DNA of 64,000 bases, taken from Longimicrobiales bacterium. GTDB lineage: Bacteria > Gemmatimonadota > Gemmatimonadetes > Longimicrobiales > Gaopeijiaceae. The translations under genes were made by a program, and so were the position numbers. The stretch is from assembly GCA_965238005.1 (NCBI GenBank), contig OZ250165.1, positions 1,664,001 to 1,728,000 of the forward strand, written 5' to 3'. The notes below the pieces were generated by a model. It ran no database searches, had not been told where the DNA came from, and was given only the letters and a program-made list of their open reading frames with translations. The stretch's first letter is position 1; every line of letters begins with the position of its first letter. Shown here piece after piece: positions 52,008-59,936 of this stretch.

Positions 52008-52400
52008 ACTGTCAGGAGCCCGGTGACCAGCGCCGTGTTGATCGCGTGGAGAGCCACGTTGAAGGCATGGAACGGGAAGGGACCACCGTCGCCCATGGTC
52101 CAGCTCACCGCGTAGCTCAGTGAGGTGATCGGCCTATAGGGTGAGCGACCCGGTGGGACGTGCCCCCGGTACGGTGAGGAGAGGATCTCCGCCGTATTGC
52201 CGATGCCGTGGACGGCAGTGTTCTCGACAATGTCGCCAACGTCGTCCAAGGCATGGCCGTTGCCCAGCGAGGGCAGATAGACGACGAGCGCCAGCAGGGT
52301 TGCAAGTCCGGCTGCACCGAGCGAGGACAGCCGGCCGAGGGGGCCAGCAGGGGGATTGGACTCTTCGCTCGAGTCAGGATAGCGCAGGTCAGGACTCCCA
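52008..52400 (-). pseudogene. TMTC-like (GT-C) membrane protein N-terminus, truncated by IS3
   Basis: Y.PSL.N...LDD...I..N, YRP.TSLSYA, FH.FNV.LH..N. Confidence 0.7.
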
Positions 52401-52429
52401 AGTTGGGGGTGGCTCTCCCCTCGGACGAC

Positions 52430-52870
52430 TCAGCCTGTGGATGACTCGGCCTCCCCGGACTTGAACCCGATCTCGTAGTGACTGTCATCGCAGAACGGCT
52501 TGATCTTGGAAGCGCCGCATCGACAGAGGGCGACGCGGGCGTCTGTGGTGACGACCCGGCCCTCATGATCGACGATCTCCACTCCGCCCCGGACGTAGAG
52601 GGGGCCGTCTACGACGAGCGAGATGCCCGGGTCCGCAGGCGCCTCCTGGGGTCCTCCGTCCGTGCGCTCGAAGCTGAGGGCACCGGTGGGGCAAGTAGCG
52701 ACTACGGCTGCGATCTCGTCAGGCGGGGCCGCCGTGGCGTCGATCCAGGGGCGCCGGTCGGGATCGAATACGGCTCGGAGGCCGTGAACACACTCCTCGG
52801 CGTGAATGCAGCGTCGCACATCGTACCGGACTACGATGCCTTCGCCTTCGTATTCCCTGATCTTGGCCAT
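52430..52870 (-). CDS. (4Fe-4S)-binding (Fer4_19) plus CDGSH iron-sulfur protein
   Basis: CIHA.EC, CPTGAL, LCRCGAS..KPFCD.SH. Confidence 0.9.
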   Translation of the reverse strand: MAKIREYEGEGIVVRYDVRRCIHAEECVHGLRAVFDPDRRPWIDATAAPPDEIAAVVATCPTGALSFERTDGGPQEAPADPGISLVVDGPLYVRGGVEIVDHEGRVVTTDARVALCRCGASKIKPFCDDSHYEIGFKSGEAESSTG

Positions 52871-52954
52871 GGCAGTCTCCGAGAGAGTGTGGGCTCGTAT
52901 GATGGATCACGCTGATACACCTAGGCAACTTCGGTAACCCGACCACGTCTGTCC

Positions 52955-53338
52955 GTGCGCCAGTGCCGGGCGGGCCCGCGGGAGGGAGCCGGCCAGTTGC
53001 GGCGGCTCGTCGCATCGGGTGCCCTGGGTCCTGGCGTTGCGCTCCCTTCCGTGCGCCGGCTCGCGGGCGACCTGGGCGTGAACCTGAACACGATCGCCCG
53101 AGCGTATCGACTGCTGGAGGGCGAGGGCTTTCTGGTCATCCGCGACCGTGCAGGTGTGACGGTTGCCGCTCCGGCGGACGAGCTCGAGCACTCCGTGCGC
53201 GCCGGGTTGCTGGATCAGATGCGGGCCACCCTCGCTCGGCTTCGCCAGGCGGGGATGGGAACCGAAGAGCTCCTCGGAAGCGTACGATACGAGGTCCAGG
53301 CCATGGACGGTGGATATACGGAGGTCCGTGATGACTAA
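52955..53338 (+). CDS. GntR (YtrA-like) regulator, probably 5'-truncated; followed by a membrane-protein fragment
   Basis: G.L.PG..LPSVR.LA.DLGVN.NT.ARAY..LE.EG. Confidence 0.8.
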   Translation: MRQCRAGPREGAGQLRRLVASGALGPGVALPSVRRLAGDLGVNLNTIARAYRLLEGEGFLVIRDRAGVTVAAPADELEHSVRAGLLDQMRATLARLRQAGMGTEELLGSVRYEVQAMDGGYTEVRDD

Positions 53339-53745
53339 AGCAGCCGTAGTAAATGCGTTCCTCACGGCACGGGTGCTCTTGGTGGGTGGGTTCCTTTTGG
53401 CGCTTCCACATATCACCCGCAAGGGACTGCTCTTCGGCGTGTGTACGTCGGCGAGGACCTTGCCGCGGGAGACGCCGCGCGCCGGCTCCGGCAGCGCTGG
53501 AATCGCGGTTGCGTGGCGGTGATGGTGATGTCACTCGCTATCGGCCTGGCGATCAGTTTCGCGGGTTGGCCGGTCACGGGTAACCTCACCGGTACGCCCA
53601 AGGTCTGGCACGGAACAGGTGGAGGGATAACTTGGGCGTGTGAGGGGACCGCCCCTTCCTTGCACGACAGTTCTACCGGCCGCATTCGCTTTCGCCGGGG
53701 TCACGGTCATCTTAAAGGACTAGGGTGACGACTGGAGGTTCAAAG

Positions 53746-55098
53746 ATGACAGGTCGCACAGGCGTACCCGGTGGGTTGGAGCTCGGCATGCTTGCAATCG
53801 TCCTCTGCGCCCCACATCCCGGTTCGAGCCAAGACGTGCAGCAAACCTCTTGCTCGGATATCAGCGTGTTGAGATCGGTGGAAATCCTGGTCTCGTGTGC
53901 CACCACCGGGGACGAGCTCGCTCAGTTCCGCCTCGGGCTGATGTACGATCACGGTTTGGGGGTGCCCGAAGACGATGTTGAAGCAGTCCGCTGGTTTCGG
54001 CTAGCGGCAGAGCAAGGGCTTGCTGAGGCTCAACACAACCTCGGATTCCACTACGCAAACGGTGAGGGCGTTTCCGAAGACGATGTCGAAGCAGTTCGCT
54101 GGTACCGATTAGCGGCAGAGCAAGGCGACGCTAGGGCTCAAAACAACCTCGGATTCCAATACAGAAACGGTTATGGCGTCCCCGAAGACGACGCCGAGGC
54201 CATTCGCTGGTATCGATCAGCGGCAGAGCAGGGCGACGCTATGGCTCAATACAACCTCGGGAACATGCACGCCATCGGGGAGGGCGTTCCCGAAGACGAC
54301 ACCGAGGCAGTCCGCTGGCTTCGGCTAGCCGCAGAGCAAGGCCATGCTCGAGCTCAGTCGAATCTCGGGATCATGTACGCCGACGGTGAGGGCGTTCCCG
54401 AGGAGGCTGCCGAGGCAATCCGTTGGCTTCGGCTGGCTGCTGAGCAAGGGCTTGCTCGGGCTCAATACAACCTCGGGCTCATGTACGCCAACGGGGAGGG
54501 CGTTCCTGAGGATGATGCCGAGGCAGTTCGGTGGCTTCGGCTGGCCGGTGAGCAAGGCTATGCTAGGGCTCAATACAACCTCGGGAACATGTACGCCAAC
54601 GGTGAGGGCGTTCCCGAGGATGATGCCGAGGCAGTCCGTTGGTATCGGCTGGCCGCTGAGCAAGGGCTTGCTCGGGCTCAATACAACCTCGGGCTCATGT
54701 ACGCCAACGGGGAGGGTGTTCCCGAGGACCATGCTGAGGAAGTTCGGTGGCTTCTGTTGGCTGCTGAGCAAGGCTATGCTCGGGCTCAATTCAACCTCGG
54801 GAACATATACGCCAACGGTGCAAGTGTGCCCGAGGATGATGTTGAGGCAGTCCGTTGGCTTCGGCTGGCTGCTGAGCAAGGGCTTGCTCGGGCTCAATAC
54901 AACCTTGGGAACATGTACGCCAACGGGGAGGGCGTTCCCGAGGACTATGTCCTCGCATATGAGTGGTACGACATCTCCGCGGCCCAAGGAAATGAGCTCG
55001 CGCAGAAGAACAAAGAGATAATCGTGCAGCGGATGACCCGCGAGCAGATCGCCGAGGCCCAGAGGCTTTCCCGCGAGTGGCTCGAACAGCATCGCTGA
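53746..55098 (+). CDS. Secreted Sel1-repeat protein (10 repeats)
   Basis: 36-aa AQYNLG.MY.NGEGVPED..EA.RW.RLAAEQG repeats; GGAGG RBS. Confidence 0.95.
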   Translation: MTGRTGVPGGLELGMLAIVLCAPHPGSSQDVQQTSCSDISVLRSVEILVSCATTGDELAQFRLGLMYDHGLGVPEDDVEAVRWFRLAAEQGLAEAQHNLGFHYANGEGVSEDDVEAVRWYRLAAEQGDARAQNNLGFQYRNGYGVPEDDAEAIRWYRSAAEQGDAMAQYNLGNMHAIGEGVPEDDTEAVRWLRLAAEQGHARAQSNLGIMYADGEGVPEEAAEAIRWLRLAAEQGLARAQYNLGLMYANGEGVPEDDAEAVRWLRLAGEQGYARAQYNLGNMYANGEGVPEDDAEAVRWYRLAAEQGLARAQYNLGLMYANGEGVPEDHAEEVRWLLLAAEQGYARAQFNLGNIYANGASVPEDDVEAVRWLRLAAEQGLARAQYNLGNMYANGEGVPEDYVLAYEWYDISAAQGNELAQKNKEIIVQRMTREQIAEAQRLSREWLEQHR

Positions 55099-55280
55099 GT
55101 TTGGAATCTGCGTCCTAAATGGGTCGGGCGTACTGCCCGACCTCGTCGGAGCCGACCTCGGCCAGACGAAGCTAACTGAGTGCGAATCTCGGCGAGGCGA
55201 AACTGGGAAGTGGATCCGGGGACGTATAGATTGGACTTCTTCGTAGCGCACGATTAGGGGGTTGCCTTGTGGCTTCTCCC

Positions 55281-55308
55281 TTGACAGGGGGCTTCTGGCG
55301 ATTAGCGT
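55281..55308 (+). promoter_or_regulatory. Putative sigma70 promoter for the cys leader region
   Basis: TTGACA (55281-55286), 16 bp, TAGCGT (55303-55308). Confidence 0.5.
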
Positions 55309-55360
55309 TGTTCTTTGGAGGATGGGTCACAAAACAGATGTGCGTAAAAGGACGCTGGTC

Positions 55361-55432
55361 GTGATACTCAACAGTTGTTGTTGCCGATGTTCTTGTCCGA
55401 GCCCGGTGGGGTGTCGGGGAGACGTCGTATAG
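55361..55432 (+). CDS. Cys-rich leader peptide 1 (MILNSCCCRCSCPSPVGCRGDVV; alternative ATG at 55322)
   Basis: AAAGGA RBS 8 nt before GTG; 6 Cys codons, 5 of them within 7 codons; TAG at 55430. Confidence 0.75.
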   Translation: MILNSCCCRCSCPSPVGCRGDVV

Positions 55433-55460
55433 GCATACACGCGACTGGATTCCCTGAAGC

Positions 55461-55488
55461 GCCACCGGAGACATTCGGTGGCTTTTTT
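55461..55488 (+). terminator. Attenuator terminator 1
   Basis: GCCACCGGA-GACA-TTCGGTGGC-TTTTTT; its 5' arm can alternatively pair with CCGGTGG (55403-55409). Confidence 0.85.
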
Positions 55489-55508
55489 GTGAGGATTATT
55501 TCCCAGAT

Positions 55509-55544
55509 CAAAAAGGCCATCGGGTTTCGCCGCTGGCCTTTTTG
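55509..55544. terminator. Bidirectional-type intrinsic terminator hairpin
   Basis: CAAAAAGGCCA...TGGCCTTTTTG 11-bp perfect outer stem. Confidence 0.7.
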
Positions 55545-55639
55545 TTCGAACCGGGTAGGACAGGCAGCGGAAGAACTGGAAAACTTAGGACGAGGTATTC
55601 GAAGGCGTGCGGTTCCATGAAGATCTGGAGGTTTTGGAG

Positions 55640-55720
55640 ATGACTCCACGGACGGCCATGTGTTGTTGTTGTTGTTGCACGGTAACGCCTAGAGAGGGGC
55701 GCGTTCCGACGAGTCGTTGA
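55640..55720 (+). CDS. Poly-Cys leader peptide 2 (MTPRTAMCCCCCCTVTPREGRVPTSR)
   Basis: GGAGG RBS at 55627-55631, ATG 55640, six consecutive Cys codons 55661-55678, TGA 55718. Confidence 0.88.
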   Translation: MTPRTAMCCCCCCTVTPREGRVPTSR

Positions 55721-55744
55721 GAAGAAACCAAGACTCAAGCGAAC

Positions 55745-55777
55745 GCCGCGGCCCCTCGAGGGTCGCGGCTTTTTTTT
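55745..55777 (+). terminator. Attenuator terminator 2
   Basis: GCCGCGGCCC-CTCGA-GGGTCGCGGC-T8; competes with antiterminator 55694-55757. Confidence 0.9.
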
Positions 55778-55829
55778 GGGTCTCAACTCTGGAAGAAAGC
55801 ATGTTGAAATTGAAATCGGAAGGCAGCAG

Positions 55830-56528
55830 ATGACTGCGGCGACAGCGGGTATCGAAGACGTGAGATGGATCAACGAACGGCTCGAGGGAGCACATCCTTC
55901 GGACGCCATTCGCTGGGCCGTCGAGAACGTAACGCCCGGGCGGCTGATCGTGGCTTCTTCGTTCGGGTCCACGGGGATGGTGAATCTTCACCTGCTCGCG
56001 GAGATCGCGCCTCAGGTGCCCGTTGCATTCGTGGACACGCTGTACCACTTCCCTGAGACCCTGGAGCATGCCGAGCGGGTGAAGGCACACTATGGCCTCG
56101 ATGTGCGCGTCTACCGGCCCGCCGCGTCACGTGCGGCGTTCCAGGCGAGGTACGGGGAGCGGTTGTGGGAACGTGACTTGGAACTCTTTCATCGACTCAC
56201 GCGGGTCGAGCCCATGAAGCGGGCCCTCCGTGGCGTGGAGGGATGGATCACCGGGCGGCGCCGGGACCAGGCAGCCAGCCGTGCCGCTCTGGCCCACGTG
56301 GAGGTTGGGGATCGCATCAAGATCAACCCGCTGGCCTCTTGGCCGGCCGAAGAGGTTTGGTCCTTCATCCGCGCGAACGGGGTGCCGTACAACCCGCTCC
56401 ACGACCTCGGCTACCAGAGCCTCGGCGACCAACCTCTGACAACGCCCGTTTCCGAGGAAGAGCACGAGCGGGCCGGTCGGTGGAGGGGGAGCCAACGTTT
56501 GGAATGCGGCATACACGCCCTGACGTAA
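55830..56528 (+). CDS. cysH: Phosphoadenylyl-sulfate (PAPS/APS) reductase
   Basis: SSFG, FVDTLYHFPET, WITGRRRDQ, KINPL..W, PYNPLHD.GY.S.G, ERAGRW, C-terminal ECGIH. Confidence 0.95.
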   Translation: MTAATAGIEDVRWINERLEGAHPSDAIRWAVENVTPGRLIVASSFGSTGMVNLHLLAEIAPQVPVAFVDTLYHFPETLEHAERVKAHYGLDVRVYRPAASRAAFQARYGERLWERDLELFHRLTRVEPMKRALRGVEGWITGRRRDQAASRAALAHVEVGDRIKINPLASWPAEEVWSFIRANGVPYNPLHDLGYQSLGDQPLTTPVSEEEHERAGRWRGSQRLECGIHALT

Positions 56529-56556
56529 AGCCTCATGCGGCACACGACTCAACGTC

Positions 56557-56607
56557 GCCGACCGGCGACCTGGATTCTCATAGCCGACCGGCGACCTGGA
56601 TTCTCAT
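56557..56607. repeat. 25-bp tandem duplication
   Basis: GCCGACCGGCGACCTGGATTCTCAT twice. Confidence 0.85.
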
Positions 56608-56728
56608 TTGGGATGGGAGTTGAAAAGGAAAATCGATGAGCGCGAATAAGGTTGAGCCATCGGAGCCACGGCATTGGAAGGGAAGGCTCAAGTGGCCCGA
56701 CTCGCGGTGACCGCACATCGGGGGAAGC

Positions 56729-57031
56729 ATGGCCCGGCTAGCCTCAAGAGCCGGCCAGGAAAAGTACATCGTCGACGGGACGCGGGGCGAGTACTGGCTC
56801 CCCGAGGAGATCTGGAACGAAGTCTGGGGTGTCATTGACGCAATAGCGAGGAATCACCGCTGGACGACGGCCGTGAAACCCGCACAGCGGGCCGCCATCG
56901 AGAGGCTGAGAGAGGTCCTGCTACACGTCGAGCAGAGCGGACTCGATCTCGCCACGATCGATAACCAGCAGCTGATCCGAGAACACCCGGGATGGCAGCA
57001 GGCCCGCGCTGCGGCCCCCGTAGGCCTTTGA
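56729..57031 (+). CDS. Hypothetical protein (possibly partial)
   Basis: LAS...QEKYI..GT..EY.LPEE...W...R.AA pattern; no family recognised with certainty. Confidence 0.45.
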   Translation: MARLASRAGQEKYIVDGTRGEYWLPEEIWNEVWGVIDAIARNHRWTTAVKPAQRAAIERLREVLLHVEQSGLDLATIDNQQLIREHPGWQQARAAAPVGL

Positions 57032-57244
57032 TTTTCCTTCCCTATCCTCACCCGAGTATGGCGTCCACTCTGCTCGTGAAGCCCACGATTGGTTCCTGCG
57101 CATGATACGCGACCACGAGGAATTCGAGGTGGTGACGGATGAGCCTGGGGAGTGGCCGATGCCGTTTTGTGGTGAGACGGTCAGGAAAGTCACGAGTCTG
57201 TGACGCGAATGATCATGCAAGAATCTGGGTCGATAAGGGCGATT

Positions 57245-57272
57245 ACTTGACATAATAGTGATTATAGGCACG
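57245..57272 (-). other. XerCD dif-like recombination site
   Basis: Minus strand CGTGCCTATAA-TCACTA-TTATGTCAAGT versus E. coli dif GGTGCGCATAA-TGTATA-TTATGTTAAAT (8/11 and 9/11). Confidence 0.65.
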
Positions 57273-57329
57273 TCAGGAAGCCGAGGAACATTATCACTAC
57301 GAAGAGGGCGATTCAGGGACCGCTGTCCG

Positions 57330-57692
57330 CTACGAGCCAACCGCGAAACTCCATGTCTCTGTTATCAACCCATCAATCATCAGTACGGCCACGTACGACC
57401 CACGGGGGAGGCTGGGGAAGGCTACGGCAACGTTTGTGCCCGCCTGGATATGGCCAGTATCTGTACCGGCTACCCGGCCTGATAGCTGCTGTAGAATGTT
57501 CACGGTGTATATCTTACCGCCGTACCCGACGATCTTCACGGCCACCACCTGACCGGTGCCGAAGTTGTGCATTCGTGGTGCTGATAACTCCGCCCAACGA
57601 GCCCGGTCGGTCGTGAACATCGCCTTCGTCGCACAGCCGGTGACCAAGAATACACTCAGGAACACGACTTGCCATCCAGCATGCCCTTTCAC
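57330..57692 (-). CDS. Small lipoprotein with Ig-like domain
   Basis: LVTGC lipobox; homologous by eye to the C-terminus of the 6188-6822 gene. Confidence 0.7.
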   Translation of the reverse strand: MKGHAGWQVVFLSVFLVTGCATKAMFTTDRARWAELSAPRMHNFGTGQVVAVKIVGYGGKIYTVNILQQLSGRVAGTDTGHIQAGTNVAVAFPSLPRGSYVAVLMIDGLITETWSFAVGS

Positions 57693-57902
57693 GTCGCCTC
57701 GCTGCTCTTGGGTCGGAATCTCGTGCCGGAGTGGAAGAGCGTACCGATAGATGTAGAAGCGGCTTTCCCATCCTGCACTCTACGCTCCACGCCTCTGTCT
57801 CTTGTTGTGTGTCAAATTACGTTACCGACCCTAGGAGCCACAACAGGGCCACCCATCTCGAGGAGGTACCGCGATCAGGGCGGCTCCGTCAGACTGGGCG
57901 AA

Positions 57903-58011
57903 CTCCACCATCCGCGCCTTGAACTCCGGCGGGTACCGTCCTCGGGTCCTTGGCATCGTGACACCTCCTGTACCTCAGTGTGGAAGTGTCCATCAAACCG
58001 GGCAAACTCCA
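57903..58011 (-). mobile_element. Left-end relic of a related IS3 element
   Basis: TGGAGTTTGCCCGGTTTGATGGACAC...ATG MPRTRGRYPPEFKARMVE, similar to the 6823-6935 left end. Confidence 0.8.
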
Positions 58012-58264
58012 CTCCAGGCACCTCGCCGACGCGTGGCTGCGGAGGGTAGAAGGGATTGCCGAGCTTGAGCCTCAGAAGGGAAGCCTCTGGCATGCATACA
58101 GGCGCAAGTGGGCCACTGAGAGAAAGCACCTTCCCGATGTAGACGTAGCTGCGGCTGGCGGCTGGAAGGGCACTGAGAGCCTCAAGACCGCCTACCAACA
58201 AGCGGACGAGGCCACTATCTTGCGTGTCGTCCTTGAGGCGGCTGAGTTGAGGGAAGCGAAGTGA
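58012..58264 (+). pseudogene. Tyrosine integrase C-terminal fragment
   Basis: WHAYRRKWATERK..P..DVAAAGGWK....L...Y catalytic box II, adjacent to a tRNA. Confidence 0.8.
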
Positions 58265-58361
58265 GAGCTTCCCCAACGTACACAGTAACGTACACACCCT
58301 CAGGTGAGGCCGGGTCTCCCAAGCCAGTCACATGGCTTCATTGTGGGAAGAAGGACCCTTA

Positions 58362-58435
58362 CGGGGCGTGGCGCAGTCCGGTAGCGCGCCTGCTTTGGGA
58401 GCAGGAGGTCCCCGGTTCGAATCCGGGCGCCCCGA
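58362..58435 (+). tRNA. tRNA-Pro (anticodon TGG)
   Basis: CGGGGCG/CGCCCCG acceptor, CCTGC-TTTGGGA-GCAGG anticodon arm, CCCGG-TTCGAAT-CCGGG T arm. Confidence 0.97.
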
Positions 58436-58526
58436 CTGATGTAACTGGTTGCTAGTATCAGCGTTACAGGAAACTCCTCTACGAGATTCTCGAGAGGGGT
58501 CTCTATGTTTCTCTCTTCGGCTGACG

Positions 58527-59936
58527 CTAATGCCCCCCCATGCCACCGTGGGAGCCCAGGGGCCCCGACCTCGAGCGGATGCGGTCCAGGAACTCCTGCT
58601 GTCGAGCCTGGAGCTGGGCCAATCCGATGAGGGCGACCAGATCGCCCTCGTTCAAGCCGCTCACGACCTGAGTGTAGTCCCAGTCATTCCAGTCGGTCAT
58701 CACCATGCGTGGCTCGATGGCTCCGTCCTCGCCCACCACGAACGCCACGGCGCGCCTCGCCCCCCGCATGGGCCCAGCCGCATTCGGGCCACCCCTGTGC
58801 CGCGCCGCCGCTGCGCCATCGCCGGACTGGTGAAACGCCCTACTCCGGCCCTCGCCGTCGCGTGAGTAGCCTCCCTCGTCCCCGTGATTCGCACCAGCCG
58901 GACGACCACCTTCGGGCCAGGCTCCAGAGCCGCCACCACGCTCGCGACCACCCGCCAACATGCTTTGCATGTCGATGGCATCGGCGTCGAGGCCGAGCAC
59001 CATCGCTGCGGGAATCGCATCCTGCGGCATGACCACGGCGTTGTTCGGAATCAACAGTACGTCGGGGACCTCAGCGATCTCGATCCCAACCTCGGAGTTC
59101 ATCCCGGGCCTGAGGAGCCGTGAGGCGTTGTCGAGTCGAACGATGACCGGGAACATGGTCACGTTCTGCTTGACAACGGCCTGGGGCTCAATCTTGTTCA
59201 CGACTCCGACGAACGTTCGATCAGGATACGCGTCGACCTTCACCATGGCCGTCATGTTGTCCAGGATCTCGCCCAATTCCGACTCGTCCACCAACGAGCG
59301 CACCTGCATAACCTCCAAGTTGGCCATGACCAGGAGTGTGGTTCCGCTAGAGACGTTCTGGGAAGCGGACTGGATGACCTGGCCCTCCTCCACGTTCTTT
59401 TCGAGGATCGTACCGGCAATGGGTGCACCGATCGTCACGTCCTCGAGGCGGAGCTGAGCCAACTCCATGTTGGTCTGGGCCTTTATGAGCGTAGCCTGGG
59501 AATTAGCGAATTCTAGGTTCCTGCTCTCGTGCTCCTGGGCCGAGATCACACCGGAGGCCATCAGCTCCTCTGAGCGTTTCAACTGCGCCTTCGAGATGTC
59601 GAAGCGCGTCTGGGCCACCTCGAGATCGGCTTTCGCTTGATCGAATTCGTTTCGAACATCCCGGGGATCGATCTCGGCCAGAAGGTCTCCTGGCTCTACC
59701 TCATCGCCGACGGCGACGTAGAGACGAAGAATCTCACCCGACGCCTTGGACTTGACCTCGACCTTCCGGATGGGCTCCACGTTACCGGTGGCGTCCACCG
59801 TGATCATGAGATCTCCACGTACCACGGCCGCGGTCTGGACTCCCGGAGCCTCTCCAGCTTCACCGATTCCGCAAGCAGCCAGGACCGGAAGCAGAAGAGT
59901 CGCTCCCCAGAGTCCAATCATTCGAGTCGGAGTCAT
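58527..59936 (-). CDS. Efflux RND/MacA-type periplasmic adaptor subunit (orphan here)
   Basis: Lipobox LAAC, ATG.VEP...VEVKSKASGEI, I.API.GTI, VDAYPDR.F.G.V..IEP. Confidence 0.92.
   Translation of the reverse strand: MTPTRMIGLWGATLLLPVLAACGIGEAGEAPGVQTAAVVRGDLMITVDATGNVEPIRKVEVKSKASGEILRLYVAVGDEVEPGDLLAEIDPRDVRNEFDQAKADLEVAQTRFDISKAQLKRSEELMASGVISAQEHESRNLEFANSQATLIKAQTNMELAQLRLEDVTIGAPIAGTILEKNVEEGQVIQSASQNVSSGTTLLVMANLEVMQVRSLVDESELGEILDNMTAMVKVDAYPDRTFVGVVNKIEPQAVVKQNVTMFPVIVRLDNASRLLRPGMNSEVGIEIAEVPDVLLIPNNAVVMPQDAIPAAMVLGLDADAIDMQSMLAGGRERGGGSGAWPEGGRPAGANHGDEGGYSRDGEGRSRAFHQSGDGAAAARHRGGPNAAGPMRGARRAVAFVVGEDGAIEPRMVMTDWNDWDYTQVVSGLNEGDLVALIGLAQLQARQQEFLDRIRSRSGPLGSHGGMGGH

Noticed and set aside
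55659..55677. (TGT)n / (GTT)n microsatellite as a phase-variation tract or poly-Val/Leu/Thr ORF
   Set aside because: Only the Cys frame has a good RBS, a start, and a stop positioned over the antiterminator, and the downstream gene is cysH.
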